Assembly (NCBI GenBank): GCA_021809545.1
Contig: JAKAYL010000003.1
Location: 4,990 to 68,989, forward strand
Direction of reading: 5' to 3'
Origin: Thermoplasmata archaeon
GTDB lineage: Archaea > Thermoplasmatota > Thermoplasmata > Lutacidiplasmatales > UBA184
DNA length: 64,000 nucleotides
Part shown: positions 1 through 10,361 of the stretch, piece by piece
Layout: each line of letters begins with the position of its first letter
Position numbering within the stretch: the stretch's first letter is position 1
Made by a program: the position numbers and the translations under genes
The notes under the pieces: generated by a model
Databases searched by the model: none
What the model saw: only the letters and a program-made list of their open reading frames with translations
Told to the model about the DNA's origin: nothing

Positions 1-993
1 GCCGAGGCCCTGTCGCGACAGGCCTGGGAGGAGCTTCGGGGCCGGGTCGAGGACGAGTTCACCCGGATGACGGGCGAGGCCTCGGCGTTCCTTGACCTCT
101 TCCCCCTGGACGATGCCACCCACGAGCGCCTCAAGGTCGCCCTCGATGGAGCTCACCAGGCGAAGACCCACGAGGACTACCAGACGATGGCCCTGGCCAT
201 CGACCGGGCCTTCCGAGAGGTCACCCAGGCCACGGTCAAATTCCTCCACAAGCAAGCCGAGCGGATCCACCGGGTCCCCGACAGCTTCCAGGAGGACAAG
301 GCCCGCGAGCTCATGGTCCAGATCGACGTGGTCATGGACAGTCTGCGGGAGAATCGCCTGAGCTCCGTGGCCGAGAAGTGGAAGACGCTCAAGACCGACG
401 TGGACAAATTCCTCACGTCCTACGTCGATGCCGAAGCGGACCGCCTGGCCGAGCTGGGCATGGTCATCGAACGGCTGGGACTGGATTTCACCCCGATCAT
501 CGAGCGCATCTCGGAGGCGAAGACCGCGGTCCAGGGGGACGACCTCGACGGGGCCACCGGGAAGCTCGGGCAGGCCTTCCTCATGCTCGACGCCATGATC
601 CGCGAATCCGTGCCGGCAAAGGCCAAGGACTTCCGCAAAAGGATCCTACGGGCCCGGGACCAGCTCAACGTCTCGACGACCGGGATGGAGGAGCTCGTTG
701 CCGAGTCCGAACGGCTCCTTTCCTCCGGGGAACCGGTGCGCTCGGCCCGTACGCTCATGGACGCCGAGAACGAGCTCAACAACCGGAAGGGCTGGCAGAC
801 CGAGCTCATGAACCTCCAGAGCATCCTGGTCTCCCTCACCGAGCAGGCCGAGGCGGATAGCATCGACACCGTCTCGGTCACGAAGCTCATGGAGGAGGCG
901 GTGAGCCTCAAGACCCGGGGCGACTACAAGTCTGCGCTGGAGAAGCTGCGGGCCGGTCAAGAGGAGATCAGGCGCCTTCTGCCCCAGGCGTAG
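1..993 (+). CDS. hypothetical alpha-helical/coiled-coil protein, 5'-partial (frame is open back to the window start)
   Basis: ORF 67..993 has no in-frame stop upstream of its Met back to nt 1. Protein-like composition (K/E/L-rich, heptad-like) with no recognised catalytic motif. Confidence 0.4.
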   Translation, partial: AEALSRQAWEELRGRVEDEFTRMTGEASAFLDLFPLDDATHERLKVALDGAHQAKTHEDYQTMALAIDRAFREVTQATVKFLHKQAERIHRVPDSFQEDKARELMVQIDVVMDSLRENRLSSVAEKWKTLKTDVDKFLTSYVDAEADRLAELGMVIERLGLDFTPIIERISEAKTAVQGDDLDGATGKLGQAFLMLDAMIRESVPAKAKDFRKRILRARDQLNVSTTGMEELVAESERLLSSGEPVRSARTLMDAENELNNRKGWQTELMNLQSILVSLTEQAEADSIDTVSVTKLMEEAVSLKTRGDYKSALEKLRAGQEEIRRLLPQA

Positions 994-1600
994 GGGCCGT
1001 CGGGCCACCCTCCGGGGCCGGCTCGGAGGACTCCTCCTCCGGCTCTTTCCCCGGTGTCTCCGGGATGCCGAGGTTCTTCCCGAGCAGGCGTTTGAGCTTC
1101 GCCTTGTCCGTGGTATCGAAGCCGAAGTACTCCGCGAAACGGCTGCTCGTCGAGAGTTCGAGCGTGTTCGACTTCTCGCTCGCCCGCACGAAGCCGAGGT
1201 CGCGGAGCCGGGGCACATCGTCGTAGACGCTGTCGCCCAGCATCCGCATGAGGCGGCTCTGCAGGACCGGTTGATGGTAGGCGATGAGCGCGAGGGTCTT
1301 GAGGAGCCGGCGGGGAAGCTCCGGAGTGGCCACGGTCCGGGCCGTCGGCAGGTAGGCTTTCCGGACCTGGATCACCCAGCCGTCGCCCGCCCGGGTCACC
1401 TCGAGAGCGGTGAGACGGGAGGAATAGATGCGGTGGAGGCGCTTCAGCCCCTCCTGCACGTCTTTCCACTCCCCGTTCCCCAGGGAGGCGGCCAGTTGAT
1501 GGACCGTGAGGGGCTTTCCCGCCGCGAAAAGGAGGGCCTCGATCTTGAGGAGCAGCGGGTCCTTGCCCGTCTCCACTTCCGGAGCCGGCTCAGTTGGCAC
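968..1600 (-). CDS. scpB: segregation and condensation protein B (ScpB)
   Basis: ScpB-like winged-helix motif LKIEALLFAAGKPLTVHQLA, immediately downstream of scpA. The listed ORF extends to 1723 inside scpA; the likely real start is GTG at 1600 (VPTEPAPEV...), an 11-nt overlap with the scpA stop. Confidence 0.55.
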   Translation of the reverse strand: MPTEPAPEVETGKDPLLLKIEALLFAAGKPLTVHQLAASLGNGEWKDVQEGLKRLHRIYSSRLTALEVTRAGDGWVIQVRKAYLPTARTVATPELPRRLLKTLALIAYHQPVLQSRLMRMLGDSVYDDVPRLRDLGFVRASEKSNTLELSTSSRFAEYFGFDTTDKAKLKRLLGKNLGIPETPGKEPEEESSEPAPEGGPTAPTPGAEGA

Positions 1601-2582
1601 GGCCGGGCACCCCGCTGGGCTGGGTCTCCCCGATGAGGATCCTCGCCGGGTCCATCTCTTCGACCAGGCGGAGGATTTCGAGGGTTCCGTTGCCGATCGT
1701 CTTCTGGCGGATGTCCACGGCACCGCCCCGGACCAGGAAGAGCAGGGAGAGGAAGAGGGAGACCACCTTCTCCCGGGAATCCACCCCGTCGAGTACCTCC
1801 GTCATAGGGAACGACTCCCCGAGGGCGTGCTTCTGGGCCACCAGCCAGACGGCGTGGAGGTCGACGATGGGGACCTCCTCTCCATGGACCAGTACCTCGT
1901 GGGCCTTCCCCTGCTCGACCCGGAGCATCTGCCGGGTCCGCTCGGCCTCGAGGGCGATACGCGCCTCGTTCTCGGCCTCCTGGAACGCCTTGGCGAGTTC
2001 CATAAGGCTGACCGGGCGGGTCTCCGAGTGGCGCACCATCGATTGGAAGGGAGGAGCGTCCGTGGTGAGGATGGCCGAGGTGGCATCGATCTCCTCGGCG
2101 GTCGTCATGTCCGCCAGGTACCCCTCGTCGATCGGCCCGTCGTTCCCGGACAGGGCTACGTCGGGGGAGGGTTCCTGGTGGGAGTCCAGTACGACCTTGG
2201 ATTGGAGGAAGAGGATGTTCCAGGCCATGTAGAGGAGGCGGCCCGCCACGGGGAAATCCATCCCCGCGATCTTGATCCGGTCGACGTAGAGCTCGGTGAA
2301 GCGGACGAGATCGATCGCCCAGGGGTTGAACTCCTCAGAGAGGACGAGCTCGAAGAGGAGCGCGGTCGCCTTCTCGTAGGGGTCCTCGATCACCACGTGG
2401 AGCCCCTCGCGGAGGCTCTTGACCATCCCGAGGTAGCGGTCGAGCCGTTCGGAAGCCGCAAGGTCCTCGCCGATCAGGGCCTTGTTCCAGGAAAGGTACT
2501 CCAGTACGTGCTGCGCCGCCTCCCGGGAGACCGGGGAAGCGTTGAGGGCGAGCTCCTTCGCTTCCTGCTCGGAGACCGTCAT
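1590..2582 (-). CDS. scpA: segregation and condensation protein A (ScpA kleisin)
   Basis: 330-aa protein directly downstream of smc with a 4-nt overlap, ScpA-like in length and position. Operon logic smc-scpA-scpB. Confidence 0.6.
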   Translation of the reverse strand: MTVSEQEAKELALNASPVSREAAQHVLEYLSWNKALIGEDLAASERLDRYLGMVKSLREGLHVVIEDPYEKATALLFELVLSEEFNPWAIDLVRFTELYVDRIKIAGMDFPVAGRLLYMAWNILFLQSKVVLDSHQEPSPDVALSGNDGPIDEGYLADMTTAEEIDATSAILTTDAPPFQSMVRHSETRPVSLMELAKAFQEAENEARIALEAERTRQMLRVEQGKAHEVLVHGEEVPIVDLHAVWLVAQKHALGESFPMTEVLDGVDSREKVVSLFLSLLFLVRGGAVDIRQKTIGNGTLEILRLVEEMDPARILIGETQPSGVPGRAN

Positions 2583-5500
2583 GCCGCCTCTCCCTGTTGG
2601 GGTCTAGGGGCCATGTTCTCGTGCTGGGCGACCTTGGCAAGCTCCCGCTCGTCGACATCGACGATATCGTCGAGGCGGAGACCCACGACCCGGGACATCC
2701 CGTCACCGCGCATCGTGACACCGAAGAGATGCTCGGCCCACTTGAGCGTGACCTTCCGTAGCGAGATCACGATGAACTGGGCCTTCGTCGAGTTCCGGCG
2801 GAGCATCCGGCCGATGTTCTCCGCGTTGATCCCGTCCAGGCTCATGTCGACCTCGTCCAGGACGTAGAGGGGCGAGGGGTCATAGCGCTGGAGGGCGAAG
2901 ATGAAGGCGAGCGAGGCGAGGGACTTCTCCCCTCCCGAAAGCTGCTCCAGGCGGGCGGCCTTCTTGCCGAGGGGGCGCGCGCGGATGAGGAGACCGCCCT
3001 TCAGCGGGTCGCTGGGGTCTTCCATCTCAAGCTCTCCCTCTCCGCCCGCCGAGAGCTCCGCGTAGATCGTGCGGTACCCCTGGTCGACGCCCTGGATGAC
3101 CTCCGACAGGCGGACCCGTTTCTTGTCCTCGAGCTGGGCCACGAGGGAGATGAGTCCCTCGCGCTCGTCCTTGAGGCGTTGGACCTCCTCGTGGAATTCG
3201 TCCATGCGCTTCTTCTCGGCATCGTACTGCTCGAGAGCGAGGGTGTTCACCGCGCCGAGCGCGGTGATGTCCGCGGTGAGGGATTCGATCTTCCGGCGGA
3301 TCTCATCGAGGCTCTTCCCCTTGACGTCGGCTTCGGGCTCGGGGAGATCCTTCGAGGCGGAGAGTGCATCCTCGACGGCCTTCCTCGCGGTCTGAAGCCG
3401 GATCTGGAAGTCGGCGTAGAGCCCTTCCTGGGTCATCAGCTTGGTGGAGGAACGGCCTTCGTCCGTCGAGACCTCGGTGAGCTTCTTCGTCAGCTCATCC
3501 TTCTTCGAGGCGAGGGCCTTCGAGGCGTGGGATTGGCTGTCGACGACCTTCTCGATCGCGGCCAGCCGCTCCTTGGCTTCGGCGAGGTCCGAAGTGATCT
3601 TCTTGATCTCGGAGTTCTTGGCCGTGAGCCGCTTCTCGAGCTCCCCGAACTCTTTCTGGCGGGCCAAGAGGGCCTCCTTGTTCGAGGCGAGGGAAGTTGT
3701 GGCCGCTTCGAGTTCCCGGTGAAGGCGAACCCGCTCGTTGCCCAACTGCTCTCCCTCTTCTTGGAGCTTCTTCATCTTGGACCCCAGGGCCGAGGGAAGG
3801 TTCTCCAAGTATTGCTTCTCCAGCGAACTGTGCGTAACCTTCAGTTCCTCCAGGGCGGCGTTGAGCTCGGAAGAGAGTTTCTCCGCTTCGGCCGTGTCCT
3901 TCTGGAGTTGTCCCGTGCGGGAGGTGAGTTCCTTGACGCGCTGCTCGGTGCCCTTGAGCTTCTCCTTGCCCCGCTGCAGGTCCTTCGCGAGGTCGTCCAG
4001 GGCATTCGCGTTTCCCGAGACCTCCCCGGAGTGACGAGCGAGCTCCTCCGCGACCTGGCGGAGGCGTTCTGAGACGGTCTTGAGTTCGGACTTGACGAGG
4101 GCTTCCTCGGCCGTCTTGTTCCCGAGGCTCTCGGAGATGTTCCGCAGGGTCGCCATGCTCTCCTGCTTGCCCTTGCCCATCTGGCCGAGGGATCCTCCCG
4201 TCATGGCGCCGGAGGCCTCGATAAGCTCTCCGCGTAGGGTTACCAGGCGGACACCTCCCATCGCCCTGCGGGCGTTCTCGAGGGAGTCCATGACCAGCGT
4301 CTCACCGAAGACGTAGGACATTACGGATTCAAGGGCCCCGTCGTACTTCACGAGGTCCAGCACGAAGCCCTTGCATCCCGGGGCCTTCTGGACGACGAGG
4401 GACTTGCCCTTCGGGCGGACGGGGAGCATCTTGTTGAGGGGAAGGAGAGTGACCCGGCCCTTCTTCTCCCGGTTGAGGAGCTCGATGCAGGCCTGGGCCG
4501 TCGCATCCGTATCGACCACCAGGGACTGGAGCCGGTTGCCTCCTGCGATGGAGACGGCGGTCGCGATCTCGGAATCGAAGCTGAGCAGGTCCTCGACCTT
4601 TCCCCGGATCCCGCTGATCTTGCCCAAGTTCCCTTGGGTCAGGAGGAAGTCCGTGGCGAGGGCCAGTGAGCCACCCTGGGCCCCGCGTTCCTTCAGCTTC
4701 GCATCCAGAGCCGAATAGGAACGGTTGAGTTCGAGAAGCTCCCGGGCGAGATCGTCTGCATGGGCGGAGAGATTGCGCTCCTTGGCCTTCAGTTGGTGGA
4801 GTTCCTGGGTCAACGCTCCGACGTTCTGTTCGCTCCCTTTGCGGCTGTTGGAAGCGTCCCGGACACGGAACTCGAGGTCCTTGACCTCGGCCTGTTGGTT
4901 CTTGAGCTCCTCCTCCGCAAGGGCGAGTTCCCGCTCCGCGGAGGAAATCTCCGCCTTCTTGGATTCCAGGCTCTGCAGGGCCTCCTGCCAGGCGGTCTGC
5001 TTCGTCTGCTGATCCTTCTCGTTGAGGAAGACGGCCTTCTTGAGTTCCGCCGCCTTCTGGGAGATGTTCTTCGAGTCCCCGGTGGAAGAGAGCGCCTGGG
5101 TGTGGGCTTGGACCCTCTTCTCGATCGCGTCTACGTCCGAAGCGAGGGCCTCGGCCTTCTTCTTGAGCTCCTCGATGGACTTGCGTCGGTCGGTGAGTTC
5201 CTTATCGAGGGAGGTCTTCTCCTTCGAGAGGGCGGCCTGATTCTCCTGCTCCTTCTCGAGAGCCATGTCCAGGCTTCCGACATCGAGGGTCGCCTTGTCC
5301 TTCTCCTGCTTGATCTTCAGTGCCTCTTCTCCACCCTTCTTGGCGATCTCGGCGTCGAGGCCGTTGATCTCAGATTGCAGTCGCGAGCGCTCGGTCCGCA
5401 GCTCCTCGAGGCGCGCCTTGAGCTTCGTGATGTCATTCGAGATGTCGTCGAGGCGCTTCTCGTTGGTGGAAACATCGGCCTTGAGCCGGGAGAGGTTCAT

Positions 5501-6211
5501 GTGGGCTAGGGCGGACTCGTAGCGCCGCTTCTGGTCGCTGAGGTCCTTGAAGCGCAATGCCTGGGTCCGCTGCCCGTCGAGCTCCGCCAGATGCCGCTCC
5601 ACTTCGCTCAGGAGGGTGGCGATCTGGGTCATGTTCGCTTCCAAGCTGGTCCGCTTCTCCCCCGCCCGGGCAAGATCGTCGTCGTACTGGGCGATCCCGG
5701 CCAATCTCTCCAGAAGTCCCCGGCGCTCCAGGGGGGACATCACGATGATCCGGTTGATCTCTCCCTGCTGGACGATATTGTACCCGTCGGCAGAGAGCCG
5801 GGCCTTGGAGAGCAGGGCGTCCATCTCTCCCTGGGTGCTCCGTCGGCCATTCACGTAAAAGTATGAGTAGTATCCGTCAGGGTTGCCCGGGGCGAGCTTG
5901 ACGTAACGCGTGAACTCGACCTCGTCCATGTCGATCGCCAGTGCCCGGTCCGTGTTGTCGAAGATGAGCGAGACCTCGCACTCGGTGGCCGGCTTGCCCG
6001 TCTTCCCACCGTCGAAGAAGAGGCGCGTCAGCCGGTCGGCCCGGAGCGCCTTGGAGCTCGGTGGGCCTAGAACGAAGAGGATCGAGTCCGAGATGTTCGA
6101 CTTGCCCATCCCGTTCGGGCCCGCCACACCCGTGAATCCCGTCGAGAAAGGCACTTCCGTCGTCCCGGCAAAAGACTTGAAGTTGTGCAGCCTTAGCTTC
6201 TTTAGATACAT
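2579..6211 (-). CDS. smc: chromosome segregation protein SMC
   Basis: 1210 aa, N-terminal MYLKKLRLHNFKSF...GPNGMGKSNISDSILFVLG Walker A. Long coiled-coil arms, hinge, and a C-terminal LSGGEKSLASLAFIFAL signature with DEVDMSLD Walker B. Confidence 0.9.
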   Translation of the reverse strand: MYLKKLRLHNFKSFAGTTEVPFSTGFTGVAGPNGMGKSNISDSILFVLGPPSSKALRADRLTRLFFDGGKTGKPATECEVSLIFDNTDRALAIDMDEVEFTRYVKLAPGNPDGYYSYFYVNGRRSTQGEMDALLSKARLSADGYNIVQQGEINRIIVMSPLERRGLLERLAGIAQYDDDLARAGEKRTSLEANMTQIATLLSEVERHLAELDGQRTQALRFKDLSDQKRRYESALAHMNLSRLKADVSTNEKRLDDISNDITKLKARLEELRTERSRLQSEINGLDAEIAKKGGEEALKIKQEKDKATLDVGSLDMALEKEQENQAALSKEKTSLDKELTDRRKSIEELKKKAEALASDVDAIEKRVQAHTQALSSTGDSKNISQKAAELKKAVFLNEKDQQTKQTAWQEALQSLESKKAEISSAERELALAEEELKNQQAEVKDLEFRVRDASNSRKGSEQNVGALTQELHQLKAKERNLSAHADDLARELLELNRSYSALDAKLKERGAQGGSLALATDFLLTQGNLGKISGIRGKVEDLLSFDSEIATAVSIAGGNRLQSLVVDTDATAQACIELLNREKKGRVTLLPLNKMLPVRPKGKSLVVQKAPGCKGFVLDLVKYDGALESVMSYVFGETLVMDSLENARRAMGGVRLVTLRGELIEASGAMTGGSLGQMGKGKQESMATLRNISESLGNKTAEEALVKSELKTVSERLRQVAEELARHSGEVSGNANALDDLAKDLQRGKEKLKGTEQRVKELTSRTGQLQKDTAEAEKLSSELNAALEELKVTHSSLEKQYLENLPSALGSKMKKLQEEGEQLGNERVRLHRELEAATTSLASNKEALLARQKEFGELEKRLTAKNSEIKKITSDLAEAKERLAAIEKVVDSQSHASKALASKKDELTKKLTEVSTDEGRSSTKLMTQEGLYADFQIRLQTARKAVEDALSASKDLPEPEADVKGKSLDEIRRKIESLTADITALGAVNTLALEQYDAEKKRMDEFHEEVQRLKDEREGLISLVAQLEDKKRVRLSEVIQGVDQGYRTIYAELSAGGEGELEMEDPSDPLKGGLLIRARPLGKKAARLEQLSGGEKSLASLAFIFALQRYDPSPLYVLDEVDMSLDGINAENIGRMLRRNSTKAQFIVISLRKVTLKWAEHLFGVTMRGDGMSRVVGLRLDDIVDVDERELAKVAQHENMAPRPQQGEAA

Positions 6212-6500
6212 GGGGGGTAGCCTCCGGTCTCCGCGTCAGACAATGTAGGGGGTTCTGTCACGGGGGTGTCTGACATTTGTCTGCTACCTTGACTAAGTAT
6301 GTCATCCCCTATTTAATCGTTTAGGTCGAGTGGAAACGGTTTTCCACGGCGGGGAATTTCTTATAGGTTGCGGGCTAGGGGGGGTTCGCGGACCATGGAA
6401 GACCCAACGCAAAACTGCCCGTATCCGGCGTCGAGCGGAGACCGCGAAAGTCTGGGAAGCCCTCTCTGGGCGTGAAGGGTCCGAGAAGAGGAATCCAACC

Positions 6501-7343
6501 ATGTGTCGTCTCTTTGGCATGCTGTCTGCGAGCGGTACGAAAGCCTCCGAGTACCTCGTTCATTCCGAGAACTCCCTCCTCCGGCAAGCGGATGCCGACC
6601 CGAAGCGCCTCCAAGACGACGGGTGGGGGATCGGCTGGTACGAGGATGCTCGGGCCGAGGTCAAGAAGGGTGACCTCGGGGCGTTCCGCCCCAAGGAGAG
6701 GAAGGCCTTCCTTGCGGCCGCCCAGAAGGCGAGAGGATCGCTCGTGGTTGGGCACCTCCGCAAGGCGAGCAATCCGATGGACCTCCCCAAGACGAAGCTC
6801 CACGGGCCGCTCAACAGCCAGCCCTTCGCGCACGGGAGCGCCCTCTTCCTCCACAACGGGTGGATCCCCTTTCCGCAGGAGACTCGCCCCTTCCTTGGGG
6901 AGTACTCCGAGGCCCCGCTGGGGATCAACGACTCGGAGGTCTTCTTCTACCTCCTTCTCCATCGGATCGAGAAGGACCGCAGCGTCCCGCGGGCCTACGA
7001 AGCTTCTCTGGTCGACCTCCGCGAGGTCTGGCAAGCTCAGGGAAGGTCCGACGAAGGTCCCTACGGGGGGATGAACATCCTCTTCTCCCGCACGCCGCAC
7101 GAGCTGTGGGCCTTCTGCAACTTCCATGGGGACCACGGCAAGGCGTTGGGTGGTGGTGACCGTCCCTACTACGAGATGTGCTATCGGGAATCCGGGGACA
7201 CCCTGCTGGTGGCCAGCGAGCCCATGGATTCTCCCGCAGATTCCTGGCTGCGCCTGCCGGCAGGAGGGTACCTGCATGCGGAGCTGAAGAACGGCGCCGT
7301 GAAGGTGAGGAAGGGCACCTTCCAAGAACCCGCCTGGAAGTAG
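6501..7343 (+). CDS. class II (Ntn-hydrolase) glutamine amidotransferase domain protein, YafJ-like
   Basis: Begins MCRLFGML: the N-terminal nucleophile Cys must follow the initiator Met, so 6501 is the start and the listed upstream extension from 6330 is rejected. An SD-like GAAGAGGAAT lies 6-16 nt upstream. Confidence 0.55.
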   Translation: MCRLFGMLSASGTKASEYLVHSENSLLRQADADPKRLQDDGWGIGWYEDARAEVKKGDLGAFRPKERKAFLAAAQKARGSLVVGHLRKASNPMDLPKTKLHGPLNSQPFAHGSALFLHNGWIPFPQETRPFLGEYSEAPLGINDSEVFFYLLLHRIEKDRSVPRAYEASLVDLREVWQAQGRSDEGPYGGMNILFSRTPHELWAFCNFHGDHGKALGGGDRPYYEMCYRESGDTLLVASEPMDSPADSWLRLPAGGYLHAELKNGAVKVRKGTFQEPAWK

Positions 7344-7392
7344 TTCGTACGGCTCCGCCCCGGTCGTCGGCTGGGCTTGGATCGCCCCGAGG

Positions 7393-9429
<2,037 letters not shown>

Positions 9430-9540
9430 CAAAAGACCGAGGGTCCGCTCCGATATATGTTGGTTGTCGTTCCATGCGACCCAGGAAGCGGCCGCCCCCG
9501 TCGGGACTAGGATTATTAGCACCTCCTCATTCGGAAGGGC

Positions 9541-9864
9541 ATGGAGTCCGTCGTGCCCTCCGATTTCACTGGGAACAACTTGGGAAAGAGTGGTGACTGG
9601 GTCGTGTGCTTCGGTGCCGAGTGGTGCGGGTTTTGCCGCGCCTTCCGCCCCAAGTTTGAGAAACTGGAAGGGCAGGTGAAGGGGACCCTGGCCTGGGCCG
9701 ACGTCTCCGACTCGGAGAACCCTCTGTGGGAGTCCTTCCATCTCGAGGTCATCCCCACGGTGGTGGTCTTCCGGGGCGGTGCCGTTCACTGGCGGCGTGA
9801 CGGGAAGAGCATGCGGGGACTCTCCGACGGGGATATCACCGACATCAAGGCCGCCACTTTGTAG
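9541..9864 (+). CDS. thioredoxin-fold protein with a WCGFC active site
   Basis: 107 aa with a CxxC motif (WCGFC) in a thioredoxin-like context: ...VVCFGAEWCGFCRAF..VIPTVVVF. Confidence 0.55.
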   Translation: MESVVPSDFTGNNLGKSGDWVVCFGAEWCGFCRAFRPKFEKLEGQVKGTLAWADVSDSENPLWESFHLEVIPTVVVFRGGAVHWRRDGKSMRGLSDGDITDIKAATL

Positions 9865-9875
9865 GTGGCGATCCC

Positions 9876-10361
9876 TTGGCAGCCCTGTCCTTCCGGATCA
9901 CGGTCAGGGCGCCGCGCGAGAAGGTTTTCGATTTCATATCCAACGGGGAGAACGCTCCCCAGTGGCACGGCTCCATCCGGAGCGCCCGGCACACGGCCCC
10001 CCTCCCCATCCGGCGGGGGTCGCATCTGGTGCTGGGAGCCAAGCTCGGTCGACGGCAGTTCTCCTGGGTCCAGGAGGTCTCGGGGTGGGATCCTCCGACG
10101 AGCTTTGAGGACCGGATGATCCCGGACCGCTCCGAGATCCGAAAGGAGGAACCAGGCCCCCCTCCCTTCCGCACCTTCGTGGACTCCTGCGAACTCCGCG
10201 ATGTCCCGGGAGGCACCGAAGTGCTCTTTGGAGTGAAGTACGGGCTTCCGTACGGTCCGCTTGGCACCTTGCTGGATCTGCTGGTCTTCCGAACGCGAGT
10301 ACGGACGGAGACGGAGCAGTCTCTCCAACGGCTCAAGACCCTGCTGGAGTCCCCGGCATGA
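9876..10361 (+). CDS. SRPBCC (polyketide cyclase/START-like) family protein
   Basis: 161 aa with N-terminal ...ITVRAPREKVFDFISNGENAPQWHGSI typical of SRPBCC/Bet v1-like proteins. Its stop overlaps the next start (ATGA). Confidence 0.4.
   Translation: MAALSFRITVRAPREKVFDFISNGENAPQWHGSIRSARHTAPLPIRRGSHLVLGAKLGRRQFSWVQEVSGWDPPTSFEDRMIPDRSEIRKEEPGPPPFRTFVDSCELRDVPGGTEVLFGVKYGLPYGPLGTLLDLLVFRTRVRTETEQSLQRLKTLLESPA

Noticed and set aside
3179-4072. Family of long plus-strand ORFs (L/E/G-rich) inside the smc coiled-coil region (3179..4072, 4760..5509 and others)
   Set aside because: They are antisense of the SMC coiled-coil coding sequence. The repetitive GAG/CTC codons make the opposite strand open, with no independent signals.
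6330-6500. N-terminal extensions on listed ORFs for the GATase (6330..6500), UvrB (9430..9789), the third KaiC-like gene (23038..23397), Ppx (31066..31233), ribH (41702..41983), nfo (55694..55774), tal (57522..57605), rps19e (61403..61540) and rps17e (63787..63876)
   Set aside because: Each extension lacks family-conserved residues and is P/R/G/S-rich. It runs into a TATA-like element or the neighbouring gene, or a conserved N-terminal residue (Cys2 of the GATase) dictates the shorter start.
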